Assembly: GCA_963826115.1 (NCBI GenBank) | Contig: CAWGVS010000004.1 | Location: forward strand, 160,001 to 224,000 | Direction of reading: 5' to 3' | DNA length: 64,000 bases | Source of the DNA: an uncultured Candidatus Rokubacteria bacterium | Lineage (GTDB): Bacteria; Methylomirabilota; Methylomirabilia; Rokubacteriales; DASRDR01 | Shown: positions 18,860 through 28,438 of the stretch, one piece after another | How positions within the stretch are numbered: the stretch's first letter is position 1 | How the letters are laid out: every line of letters begins with the position of its first letter | Notes under the pieces: generated by a model | Databases searched by the model: none | What the model saw: the letters and a program-made list of their open reading frames with translations, nothing else | What the model was told of the DNA's origin: nothing | Made by a program: the position numbers and the translations under genes

Positions 18860-20119
18860 TCAGCGCATGTTGCCGGTGTGGCCGAGCGAGTAGCGGCCCG
18901 GCTGCGGCCACACGGTGAGCCCATGCGGCTCCTTCCCGACCGGGATCGTGGTCACCTGCCCGGTACGCGTGTCGAAGACGTAGACGACGTCGTCGAATCG
19001 GCCGCTCAGCCAGAGCTGGCTCCCGTCGGCGCTGACGTTTCCCATGTCCGGACTCCCGCCGCCCGGCACGGACCAGACGGCCTCGACCGTGCGGCTTGCG
19101 AAGTCGACGACCGCGACCGTGCCCGGCCCCTTCGGCCGGCCCCGGATCTGGCGCGAGCCGCGATTGGCGACATAGAGCTTCTTCGCGTCCCGGCTCGGGT
19201 AGAGGCCATGGGTGCCGATGCCCGTCTTGAGGAAGCCCGTGGCGGCGAAGCGGGCGCCGTCGATCAGGTGGACGCCGCCCGCCATCATGTCGGCCACGAA
19301 GAAGGTCTGACCGTCCGGCGAGACGCGGATGTCCTGGGGCATCCCGCCGCGGGGGAGCGGAAGGTACCCAATCACCGTCCGGCTGACGAGGTCGACCTTG
19401 ACGAGGCCGCTCTGGAACTCGCACGTGGCGATCAGGTACTTGCCGTCGATCGCGAAGTCGACGTGGTTCACGCCCGCGCAGTTCGGCACCTCGACGGCCC
19501 CCTGGAGGGCCATGGTCCGCGGATCGCGAAAGTCGAGGCGCTTGAGCGCCTCGGCAACCACGATCGCGGAGCGCCCGTCCGGTGTGAAGTAGAGGTTGTA
19601 GGGATCGTCGACGGCGACCGTGCGCCCTGGCTTCCCCGTCGTCGGATCGATGGGCGTGAGGCTGCCCGTCGTCAGGCCCTCGGCGTTGTTGGCCACCCAC
19701 AGGACCGCGAGGTCGTAGGACGGCACGACGTGCTGGGGATTCACGCCGACCGGGAACGTGTCCACCACCGTCAGGGTCGTCGAGTCGATCACCGTGACGG
19801 TGTTCGCCTTCACGTTGGGCACGTACACGCGCGGGAGGGCGGTGGCCACCACCGGGCTGAGCCGGCCCGCCGCGGTCTCGCTGTAGAGGTTCGTCGGATC
19901 GGGCACCGGGGGCATCCCGGGGATGGTCTGCACCGGCGGCGGTACCGGCGTCGGCGGAGTAGCGGGCGCAGCCGAGGTCGCGGGCGCGGCGGGGGTCGGC
20001 AAGCTGACACGGACGTGGGACGTCCGCCAGATGGCGACGCTCCACACGACGAGCGCGAGCCCGAGCAGCGCGCCGATGACCCGCCATCGGGATGGATTGC
20101 TCGGGCCGCTCCCGCTCAT
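18860..20119 (-). CDS. YncE/YVTN beta-propeller protein with N-terminal anchor
   Basis: VYVPN..NTVTVID, PVGVNPQH, PVGKEPHGL repeats; N-terminal TM and Pro/Thr linker. Confidence 0.88.
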   Translation of the reverse strand: MSGSGPSNPSRWRVIGALLGLALVVWSVAIWRTSHVRVSLPTPAAPATSAAPATPPTPVPPPVQTIPGMPPVPDPTNLYSETAAGRLSPVVATALPRVYVPNVKANTVTVIDSTTLTVVDTFPVGVNPQHVVPSYDLAVLWVANNAEGLTTGSLTPIDPTTGKPGRTVAVDDPYNLYFTPDGRSAIVVAEALKRLDFRDPRTMALQGAVEVPNCAGVNHVDFAIDGKYLIATCEFQSGLVKVDLVSRTVIGYLPLPRGGMPQDIRVSPDGQTFFVADMMAGGVHLIDGARFAATGFLKTGIGTHGLYPSRDAKKLYVANRGSRQIRGRPKGPGTVAVVDFASRTVEAVWSVPGGGSPDMGNVSADGSQLWLSGRFDDVVYVFDTRTGQVTTIPVGKEPHGLTVWPQPGRYSLGHTGNMR

Positions 20120-20952
20120 CGCGGCACTCCATCCGGCGGCGCCTCTCGCCGCGCCACCGACTGCCGGATGGCGGCGACGGTCTGCGCGATGATCTGGTCG
20201 ACGGCCATGCGACCGATCTCGGCGCTCGCCCGGCTCGGGTCGCCGTTCGCGCCCTCCCAGCCGCCCGGCTCGTGCGCCGCGTGGAGGCGGTCTTGGCGCA
20301 CCAGGCTCGGGTCGATGGCCAGCGCGAGGGACGTGTCGAGCGCCCCGGCGTGGCTCCCGAGCTCGCTGTCCTGGTAGCCGCGGCTTCGGAAGAGCGCGCT
20401 CGCGCCCGCGGTGCTCGCCCGGTAGTACGCGTCGATCGCGTGGACGCGGGTGGGCGTTCCCGTCCACCCGCGGTTCAGGCGCCGCGCCACCGCTTCCTGG
20501 CCGGCTTGGTTCCCACCGCTGTCTCCGAGGAACACGATGTCGCGGAATCCGTGAATGGCGAAGCTCCGCGCCGCGGACTCGAGCACTCCCTCGAAGGACG
20601 CCTCGCTGAGCGTGATCGTGCCCGGGTAGCGCATGTGCCCGGTCGGCGGGGCGAGCCCGCCCTCCGGCACGTAGGCCAGCACCGGGGCGACCAGCGTGCC
20701 CCCGAGGGCCCTCGCGATCGAGGCCGAGAGCGCCCGTACGCGGGCGTTGTGCTTGCCGAGCGTCATGTGCGGGCCGTTCTGCTCCGTGCCCCCGGTCGGC
20801 AGGATGATGGTCGTCGTGCCGGCACGGACGAGGTCACGCACCTCCGTCCACGTCAGCTCCTCGAGGAAGACGCTGCGCAGGGTCGCGGCCCGGCTCATTG
20901 CCGGGAACAGCAGCACCCATCCAGCCAGGGCCACCACCGCGCTCGTTCTCAT
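20116..20952 (-). CDS. Creatininase-family amidohydrolase with signal peptide
   Basis: LEELTW, PTGGTEQNGPH, YPGTITL, GDSGGN, HAGALDTS. Confidence 0.88.
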   Translation of the reverse strand: MRTSAVVALAGWVLLFPAMSRAATLRSVFLEELTWTEVRDLVRAGTTTIILPTGGTEQNGPHMTLGKHNARVRALSASIARALGGTLVAPVLAYVPEGGLAPPTGHMRYPGTITLSEASFEGVLESAARSFAIHGFRDIVFLGDSGGNQAGQEAVARRLNRGWTGTPTRVHAIDAYYRASTAGASALFRSRGYQDSELGSHAGALDTSLALAIDPSLVRQDRLHAAHEPGGWEGANGDPSRASAEIGRMAVDQIIAQTVAAIRQSVARREAPPDGVPR

Positions 20953-21088
20953 GCCGCTCCTTCGCAGGCACCCCGCGCTGGCGGGCGCGGGAGCGCGCAG
21001 GCGAGTCTACCGCGCGCGCCCAGGCAGAGCAGTTTACAATCGCGGCGGTGCCGGGGGGTCCTCGCGGGCCGCCGGTCCGGGGAGCCGG

Positions 21089-23197
21089 ATGAGCCATCGC
21101 CTGGGCGTCGACGTCGGCGGCACGTTCACCGATCTGGTCCTGGTGGGGCCGGACGGGCGGGCGCTCACGCGGAAGGTGCTGTCCTCGACCGGGGACTACG
21201 CCGAGGCGATCGTCGAGGGCGCGCGCGAGCTCATGGCGGCGGCGGGGATCGGCCCGGCCGAGGTCGCCGAGCTGATCCACGGCACCACCGTGGCCACGAA
21301 CGCGATCCTCGAGCGCCGAGGCGCCCGCACGGGGCTCCTCACGACCGAGGGGTTCCGCGACCTCCTCGAGATCGGGCGCCTCCGGCTGGCGCGGCTCTAC
21401 GACATCGACTTCGAGCGCCCCGCGCCCCTGGTGCCGCGGCGCTGGCGGCGCGAGGTCGCCGAGCGGCTCGGCCCGGGTGGGCAGGTCCTCATGCCGCTGG
21501 ACCCGGCGAGCGTGCGCGCGGCGGTCGACCTCCTCGCGCGCGAGGGCGTCGAGGCCATCGCCATCGCCTTCCTCCACGCCTATGCGAGCGACAAGCACGA
21601 GCAGGCCGCCGCCGCGATCGTCCGCGAGCGGGCGCCCGGCGTCCACCTGACGCTCTCCTCGGAGATCCTGCCCGAGGTGCGGGAGTTCGAGCGGACGAGC
21701 ACCGCGGTGACGAACGCCTACGTCATGCCGGTGATGAGCCGCTACCTCGGGAGCCTCGAGACCGAGCTGCGGGGCCTGGGCGTCCGCGCGCCGATCCTGG
21801 TCATGCAGTCGAACGGCGGCGTCATGACCGCCGCCAGCGGGCGCCGGCGGCCGGTGCACTTGATCGAGTCGGGGCCGGCGGCCGGCGTGATCGCGACCGC
21901 GGAGCTGGCGCGGCGGATCGGGCGCCCGAACGCGATCAGCATCGACATGGGCGGGACCACGGCCAAGGCCTCGGTGATCGAGGGTGGCGAGCTCAAGCGC
22001 ACGGGCGAGTTCGAGATCGGCGGCGCGCTCTCGCAGGGCAGCCGCCTGAATCGCGGCAGCGGCTTCCTGCTCCGCGTGCCGGCCATCGACATCGCGGAGG
22101 TGGGCGCGGGCGGCGGCAGCATCGTCCGCGTCGACGATGCGGGCCAGCTGCACGTGGGACCGCGGAGCGCGGGCGCGCTCCCCGGCCCGGCCTGCTATGG
22201 ACAGGGTGGGAAGGACGCGACCCTGACCGACGCGAACGTCGTCCTCGGCTACCTCCACCCGGAGCGGCTCCCGAGCGGGCTCGCCCTCGACGCGGCCCTC
22301 GCCCGCTCCGCGATCGCGGAGCAGGTGGCGCGTCCGCTCGACCTCGGCCTCGAGGCCGCCGCGCACGGCGTCTACCTCGTCGGCTGCGCGCGGATGGCGC
22401 GGGCGGTCCGGGCGGTCACGATCGAGCGGGGGCGCGACGCGCGAGACTTCGTCCTGGTCGCCTTCGGCGGGAACGGGCCGCTCTTCGCGGGGGAAATGGC
22501 GCGCTCGCTCGGGATCGCCACGGTGCTGGTCCCGCCGGCGCCCGGCGTCTTCAGCGCGGTCGGCCTCCTCGAGGCCGAGAGCGAGCACCACCTGGTCCGG
22601 AGCGTGCTGCGTCCGCTGTCGACCGACACGGCGGACGGCGTGGCGGCCTCGCTCCGGGCGCTCGAGGCGGAGGCCGCGGCCCTTCTCCGCGCCGAGGGCT
22701 ACCGGGACGCGGTGGCCATGGACCGGGGCGTCGATCTCAAGTACGAGGGGCAATCGTTCGAGCTGACGATCGCGGTCCCGCCGGACTGGCGCGGCGCCGA
22801 GGGGGTCGCCGCGCTGGCCGCCGCCTTCGCCCGGGAGCACGAGCGCACCTACGGACATGCGGCGGCGGGTGACCCGATCCAGGTCGTGAATCTCCGCGTC
22901 ACCGCGCGGCTGGTCCGTCCGGCCGGCCGGCCCCCGGTCCGGGTCGCGAGCGAGCGGGTCGTACCGGGAAGCGGGACGCGGCGCGCGTACTTCGGGCGCG
23001 AGCACGGGACGCTGACCACGCCCGTGCTCACCCGCGCGGACCTCGGCCCGGCGCCGCGCTCGGGCCCGCTTCTCGTCGACGAGTACGACGCGACGACGCT
23101 GATCCCGCCCGGCGCGGCGGCTTCCCTCGACGGCCTCGGGAACATCATCATCGAACCGTCCACCGGCTCCCCGAGCGGAGCGAGGCCCTGGCATTGA
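21089..23197 (+). CDS. Hydantoinase A/5-oxoprolinase alpha subunit
   Basis: [52 protein letters not shown]. Confidence 0.95.
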   Translation: MSHRLGVDVGGTFTDLVLVGPDGRALTRKVLSSTGDYAEAIVEGARELMAAAGIGPAEVAELIHGTTVATNAILERRGARTGLLTTEGFRDLLEIGRLRLARLYDIDFERPAPLVPRRWRREVAERLGPGGQVLMPLDPASVRAAVDLLAREGVEAIAIAFLHAYASDKHEQAAAAIVRERAPGVHLTLSSEILPEVREFERTSTAVTNAYVMPVMSRYLGSLETELRGLGVRAPILVMQSNGGVMTAASGRRRPVHLIESGPAAGVIATAELARRIGRPNAISIDMGGTTAKASVIEGGELKRTGEFEIGGALSQGSRLNRGSGFLLRVPAIDIAEVGAGGGSIVRVDDAGQLHVGPRSAGALPGPACYGQGGKDATLTDANVVLGYLHPERLPSGLALDAALARSAIAEQVARPLDLGLEAAAHGVYLVGCARMARAVRAVTIERGRDARDFVLVAFGGNGPLFAGEMARSLGIATVLVPPAPGVFSAVGLLEAESEHHLVRSVLRPLSTDTADGVAASLRALEAEAAALLRAEGYRDAVAMDRGVDLKYEGQSFELTIAVPPDWRGAEGVAALAAAFAREHERTYGHAAAGDPIQVVNLRVTARLVRPAGRPPVRVASERVVPGSGTRRAYFGREHGTLTTPVLTRADLGPAPRSGPLLVDEYDATTLIPPGAAASLDGLGNIIIEPSTGSPSGARPWH

Positions 23198-24804
23198 CCG
23201 GCCCCCGGGATGTCGTGGCCGGTGTGAGTCTGCTGCGACGCCTGCCCACGTTCCTTCGGAATCCGGTCACCACCATGGAGGCTCGGGCAACACTGCGCCG
23301 CCGTCTCGAGCGGCGCGAAGACGACTTCCTCTCGCTCCTCCGGAGCAGCGTGTACCCCAATCGAATCGGCCCCTACCGGCGCCTTCTCGACTACGCGGGG
23401 ATCGAGGACGGCGACGCGGAGCGCCTCGTCCGGCGAGAGGGCGTCGAGGGGGCCCTCCATGTTCTCCAGCGGGAGGGCGTCTATCTGACGCTGGACGAGT
23501 TCAAGGGCCGTCGCCCGGTGCGTCGTGGCAGCCTCGCGCTGACGCTGACTCCCGACGCGCTGCGAAACCTGAGGGCCTCGGTCCATGTGTTCTTCCATAC
23601 GAGTGGACGCACCGGGCCGTCCCAGGTCGTCGGCATCGACCTCGCTCAGATACGGCACGAAGGGGCAGACCTCAGGTTGTTCTTCGCCGCGCGTGGCGGC
23701 GATCGGTGGGTCCACGGTGTCTACGGAGTGCCGGGAAGCTCGATCGTGCGGGTCGTGATGCGTATCGGGAGCATCGGTGCTCCCCTAGTCCGCTGGTTCT
23801 CGCAGCTTGATCCGGCCGCGAGCGAACTGGACTCGCGATACCGATGGAGTGCGCGCATGATGCGTGTCGGCGGCGCGCTGGCGCGGGTGCCGATACCCGC
23901 GCCGGTTCACGTCCCGCTCGAGCACCCCCGGCCCATCGTCTCCTGGCTGACGGATGTGCTGGCTCGGGGTGAGACTCCGCACCTGTGGTCGTCCCCGAGC
24001 TCTGCGGTGCGAGTGTGCGAGGCCGCGAGCGCGGCCGGCGCCTGCCTCCGTGGGGCTCAGTTCACCCTGGTGGGCGAGCCGTTGACGGCGGCCCGGCTGG
24101 CGGCGATCCGGCGCGGAGGCGCGGAGGCGTCGTCCTACTACGGGAGCATGGAGACCGGACACGTCGCCTACTCGTGTCTGGCGCCCGGGCCGGCTGACGA
24201 CATGCACCTCATCCACGATCTCTATGCCGTGGTTCAGCCCCTCGATTGGACGGGGGCCCGGCCCCTTCCCCCCGAGCCAGATGTGGCGGCGGACGCGCTG
24301 TTCGTGTCGACCATCGGCCCGGCCGCGCCGTTCGTCATGCTAAACGTGTCCCTGGGTGACCGAGGGATCATCGAAGATCGTCACTGCGGGTGTGCCCTGG
24401 AGGCCCTGGGGTGGAGGAAGCATCTGCACACCATCCGGGGCCACGAGAAGGTTACTGCTGGCGGGTTGACTCTTGACGACGCCGACGTGGCTCGGGTGCT
24501 GGAGGAGGTCCTACCGTCTCGGTTCGGCGGGGTGCCGACCCACTACCAACTCGTGGAGGACGAAGACGAGCACGGCCACCCCCGCCTGAAACTGCTCGTG
24601 CATCCGGCTCTCGGAGAGATCAACACCGAGGCCGTTATCGAGGCCTTCCTGGACGCCGTGGGCCCGGGCACCGGCCCCGCTCGAGTGGTGGAGCTGGCTT
24701 GGCGGGCCGGCCGATTCCTCCAGGTCGAGCGCACCCCCCCGCGAGTGACGGGTGGCGGCAAGATCCTCCACCTGCTCGACGCTCGCCATCCGCGGTCGCG
24801 GTGA
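23194..24804 (+). CDS. Divergent adenylate-forming enzyme (phenylacetate-CoA ligase/PaaK-like)
   Basis: TSGRTG P-loop, YGSMETG, NVSLGD..CGC motifs; TTG start overlaps the upstream TGA; more A/T-ending codons than flanking genes. Confidence 0.7.
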   Translation: MTGPRDVVAGVSLLRRLPTFLRNPVTTMEARATLRRRLERREDDFLSLLRSSVYPNRIGPYRRLLDYAGIEDGDAERLVRREGVEGALHVLQREGVYLTLDEFKGRRPVRRGSLALTLTPDALRNLRASVHVFFHTSGRTGPSQVVGIDLAQIRHEGADLRLFFAARGGDRWVHGVYGVPGSSIVRVVMRIGSIGAPLVRWFSQLDPAASELDSRYRWSARMMRVGGALARVPIPAPVHVPLEHPRPIVSWLTDVLARGETPHLWSSPSSAVRVCEAASAAGACLRGAQFTLVGEPLTAARLAAIRRGGAEASSYYGSMETGHVAYSCLAPGPADDMHLIHDLYAVVQPLDWTGARPLPPEPDVAADALFVSTIGPAAPFVMLNVSLGDRGIIEDRHCGCALEALGWRKHLHTIRGHEKVTAGGLTLDDADVARVLEEVLPSRFGGVPTHYQLVEDEDEHGHPRLKLLVHPALGEINTEAVIEAFLDAVGPGTGPARVVELAWRAGRFLQVERTPPRVTGGGKILHLLDARHPRSR

Positions 24805-24810
24805 GGCGGC

Positions 24811-25770
24811 GTGACCCGGGATCGACCGCTGGTCTCCGTCGTCATTCCAACCATCGGCCGGCCCGATTGGGTCGTCAGGGCGGCCCGCAGCGCGCTCGCC
24901 CAGACCCTGCGGGCCATCGAGGTCATCGTCGTCGTGGACGGTCCCCACGAACCCACCACGCGGGCCCTTCGGCAGATCGAAGACGATGGGTTGCGCATCG
25001 TGGAACTCCTCCAATGGGTTGGGCTCGGTGGGGCGCGCAACGCCGGCGTCGCCACGGCCCGGGGTCGATGGGTCGCGCTCCTGGACGACGACGATGAGTG
25101 GCTTCCGCGCAAGCTGGAGATCCAGCTGCACACGGCGCAGCAGTCGGCGCGGACCTATCCCATCGTGTCCTGTCGCTTCATCGACCGGCGGCCCCACGGG
25201 GAGGCCGTCCTGCCCAGCCGCTTCCCGGAAAAGGACGAGGCGGTGAGCGAGTATCTCTTCTGCCTGAGGCGCCTGGTGGGCGGTGAGGGTGTCGTCCTTC
25301 CCTCGACCGTCCTCGCGGCGAGAGACCTCCTTGCGCGGGTTCCGTTCCGCTTCGCTCAGTTCGCCCACGAGGGGAGCGACTGGCTGCTTCGCGCCCTGCG
25401 CCAGGAGGGAGTCGGCCTCGAGTTCGTTCCCACCCACGAGCCGCTGGCCATCCGACACGCGGGGACACTTCGTACCCGGATGAGCAACACAACCGACTGG
25501 CGGACATCGCTCGCGTGGGCCGAAGACAACGCTCATTTGCTCACGCGCCGAGCGCACGCGGCCTTCATCCTGAAGCCAGCCAGCCTGGAGGCCCGGCGGG
25601 CGCGCGACGGCAGAGCCTTCTGGCGGCTCCTGTGGGAATCCTTCCGTCGAGGCCGCCCGACCGGAACCGGGATCCTGGTTCACGTCCTGATCTGGCTCGT
25701 GCCGGAGCGGGCGAGATTCAGGATCGCCGCCTTGGCCGGCGCCTTGATGAAGCGCCCCGTTTCCCGGTGA
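24811..25770 (+). CDS. Glycosyltransferase family 2
   Basis: VSVVIPT, AQT..IEVIVVVDG, ARNAG, ALLDDDDEW. Confidence 0.92.
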   Translation: MTRDRPLVSVVIPTIGRPDWVVRAARSALAQTLRAIEVIVVVDGPHEPTTRALRQIEDDGLRIVELLQWVGLGGARNAGVATARGRWVALLDDDDEWLPRKLEIQLHTAQQSARTYPIVSCRFIDRRPHGEAVLPSRFPEKDEAVSEYLFCLRRLVGGEGVVLPSTVLAARDLLARVPFRFAQFAHEGSDWLLRALRQEGVGLEFVPTHEPLAIRHAGTLRTRMSNTTDWRTSLAWAEDNAHLLTRRAHAAFILKPASLEARRARDGRAFWRLLWESFRRGRPTGTGILVHVLIWLVPERARFRIAALAGALMKRPVSR

Positions 25771-25789
25771 GTAGCTGGTTGCGACGGTC

Positions 25790-27523
25790 ATGAGCGCGAG
25801 TCGCCGCGCTGCCGCCGATCCCATCACCCTCGAGCTCGTCAAGAACGCGCTGGACGCGATCGTCGACGAGATGGCCATCGCGCTGGTGCGCACGGCCTAC
25901 TCGAACAATCTCAAGAACTCGATGGACATGTCGTGCGCCCTCTGTGACGCCGAGGGCCGGCTGATCGCCCAGGGACTGACGCTCCCGCTCCACCTCGGGT
26001 CCGTGCCGGACGCCATGGCGGCCGTCCGGCGGAAGTTCGGCGGGAAGATCCGGCCGGGCGACGTGTTCATCCTGAACGACCCATTCGAGGGCGGCACGCA
26101 CCTGCCGGACTTCTACATCATGAAGCCGATCCACGTGGGCGCAGACCTGGTGGGCTGGTCGGCGAGCATCGGCCACCAGCTGGACGTCGGCGGCAAGACG
26201 CCCGGTGGCAACGGCTGCGACGCGACCGAGATCTTCCAGGAGGGCCTCCGCATCCCGCCGGTGCGTCTCTACGACCGGGGCGAGCCGGTCGAGGCCGTCT
26301 TCGACTTCATCGACAAGAACGTGCGCGTACCCCGCCAGGTGCTCGGCGACGTCCGCTCGCAGGTGGCCGCGTGCCTCACGGGCGAGCGGGGCTATCTCGG
26401 CCTCCTCGAGCGCCACGGTCGCGAGGGGTTCCGCGCGTGCACGGACGCCCTCCTCGACCAGGCCGAGCGGCTCGCGCGGAACGCCATCAAGGCCATGCCC
26501 GACGGCGTCTACCGGTTCACCGATCACATCGACGAGGACGGCATCGACCCCGACCCGATCCCGATCGTGGTGGCGGTGACGGTGTCGGGTGACCGGCTGA
26601 TCGCGGACTTCACCGGCTCGGCGCCCCAGGTGAAGGGCGCCATCAACTCGCCGATCCCGTTCACGAAGTCGGCGGTCTACGCGTGCGTCCGCCACCTGAT
26701 CGGCGGCGACCCGCCGAACAACGAGGGCTACTTCCGCCCGATCGAGGTCGTGGCCCCGCCGGGCACGATCGTGAATCCCGTCCTGCCGGCGTCCGTCGCC
26801 GCGCGCGGCCTGACCGGCTTCCGGATCGCCAACACGGTCTTCGGCGCCCTTGCCCAGGTCGCGCCCGACCGCGTGTTCGCGTGCGAGGTCGGCGGCGACA
26901 CCGGCGTCTCGATCGGCGGCTACGACGCCGAGCGCCGGGCGTTCGTGTTCCTCGAGTTCCTGTTCGGCTCGTGGGGCGGCCGGCCGACCAAGGATGGCAT
27001 CGACGCCTGCAGCAGCTCGGTCGTGAACTTCTCCAACAACCCCATCGAGGTGATCGAGACCGAGTACCCGATCCGGATCCAGCGCTACGGCTACCTCCCG
27101 GACTCGGGCGGCGCCGGCCGGTTCCGCGGCGGTCTCGGGCTGGTCCGCGAGTACCGCTTCGAGGAAGCCGAGGGCACGCTGCAGCTCCGCACGGATCGCC
27201 GGCGCCACCTCCCGTACGGCCTCCAAGGCGGGCGCGACGGGACGCCGTCCCGGAACCTCCTGAATCCCGACACGCCCGCGGCCCGGGATCTGCCCGCGAA
27301 GTGCACGCTGACGCTCCGGCGGGGCGACGTCTTCCGCCACGTGTACGCCGGGCCCGGCGGCTGGGGCGATCCCCTGACGCGCGACCCCGAGCGCGTCCGC
27401 TGGGACGTGCTGGAGGAGAAGATCACGGTCGAGTACGCGCGCCGCGAGTACGGCGTGGCGCTCGACCCGACGACGCTGGAGATCCTGCCCGACGAGACTG
27501 CCCGTCTCCGCGCCGCCCACTGA
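25790..27523 (+). CDS. Hydantoinase B/5-oxoprolinase beta subunit
   Basis: DPITLE, RTAYS, NDPFEGGTHLPD, EIFQEG, DSGGAGRFRGG, GPGGWGDP. Confidence 0.95.
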   Translation: MSASRRAAADPITLELVKNALDAIVDEMAIALVRTAYSNNLKNSMDMSCALCDAEGRLIAQGLTLPLHLGSVPDAMAAVRRKFGGKIRPGDVFILNDPFEGGTHLPDFYIMKPIHVGADLVGWSASIGHQLDVGGKTPGGNGCDATEIFQEGLRIPPVRLYDRGEPVEAVFDFIDKNVRVPRQVLGDVRSQVAACLTGERGYLGLLERHGREGFRACTDALLDQAERLARNAIKAMPDGVYRFTDHIDEDGIDPDPIPIVVAVTVSGDRLIADFTGSAPQVKGAINSPIPFTKSAVYACVRHLIGGDPPNNEGYFRPIEVVAPPGTIVNPVLPASVAARGLTGFRIANTVFGALAQVAPDRVFACEVGGDTGVSIGGYDAERRAFVFLEFLFGSWGGRPTKDGIDACSSSVVNFSNNPIEVIETEYPIRIQRYGYLPDSGGAGRFRGGLGLVREYRFEEAEGTLQLRTDRRRHLPYGLQGGRDGTPSRNLLNPDTPAARDLPAKCTLTLRRGDVFRHVYAGPGGWGDPLTRDPERVRWDVLEEKITVEYARREYGVALDPTTLEILPDETARLRAAH

Positions 27524-27540
27524 GGCGTCGGGGCCGCCCG

Positions 27541-27728
27541 GCCACCTTCCTTGGGGTCGGCACCCAGCTACCGACGCCGAGCTGGGGCGCGGTGCTGAAC
27601 GCCGGCCGCGAGTATCTCGAGATGGCGCCGTGGGTGAGTCTGGCGCCGCCATCTTCCTGACGCCGCTCGGCTTCTACTTCCTCGGCGCCGCCGTCCACGA
27701 CGCCCTCCACCCGCGCACGCAGGGCTGA
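27541..27728 (+). pseudogene. Remnant of DppC/OppC-type ABC permease C-terminus, frameshifted
   Basis: TFLGVGTQLPTPSWGAVLNAGREYLEMAPWVSLAP, then after a frame change AIFLTPLGFYFLGAAVHDALHPR*; no start or N-terminal part. Confidence 0.8.
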
Positions 27729-27815
27729 CGCGAGCGACACGCGCCCGCGCCCAAACGCGCAGCGGGCGGCTCGGGCCGCCCGCTGCGAGTGCGTGTGCGT
27801 GAGAGGTGGCACGGC

Positions 27816-28319
27816 CTAGCGGTCGGGGATGTAACGATCTCCCCAGTACATGCGCCCTTCTCGGTCGTAGCCGTAGACCGGATGGGCGGCCGTCGGTGTG
27901 AAGACGGGCGGCGCGGGCACGATGTGGCGCGGATGCTTCACGACGACCGGCACGGGCCGGTACACGACCCGCGGGGGCGTCCGGTACACCACCGGCGGCG
28001 GCGTGACGATCACCGTGGGCGGCGCCTGCACGATCACCGGCGCGGGCTGGTACACGACGGGCGGCGGGGGCGGCGCGTACACCACCGGCGGCGGCGCCGG
28101 CGCGTAGACGACGGGGGACGGTGCGGGCTGGTAGACCACCGGCGCCGGGACCGCGACCACGGGGCGCGGCAGGAGGGCGTCGAGGATGAGCGCCGCGCCG
28201 ACTCCCACGGCAACCCCCGCGAGGACCGCGGCCGCCTTGTCGCCCGCCTTCGCGGGCCGGGCCGCGCCCAGGAGCGCGACTGGCACGATCAGCGCTGCCG
28301 CCACCAGCATCTTCTTCAT
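27816..28319 (-). CDS. Secreted Pro/Val/Tyr-rich repeat protein (PXPV-like)
   Basis: Signal peptide, hydrophobic Gly/Ala segment, repeated PVVY units; AAAGGAGG SD. Confidence 0.8.
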   Translation of the reverse strand: MKKMLVAAALIVPVALLGAARPAKAGDKAAAVLAGVAVGVGAALILDALLPRPVVAVPAPVVYQPAPSPVVYAPAPPPVVYAPPPPPVVYQPAPVIVQAPPTVIVTPPPVVYRTPPRVVYRPVPVVVKHPRHIVPAPPVFTPTAAHPVYGYDREGRMYWGDRYIPDR

Positions 28320-28438
28320 GGTCGGTAGCCTCCTTTTCCTCTCGAGCGATTTGATGGGAGGGCAGGGGCCGGTATTCAGGCCTATTCCCCGGAGGCGGTT
28401 GCGTCTCGATGCGGTCCGGGATTCACTGGGCCGTCGCC

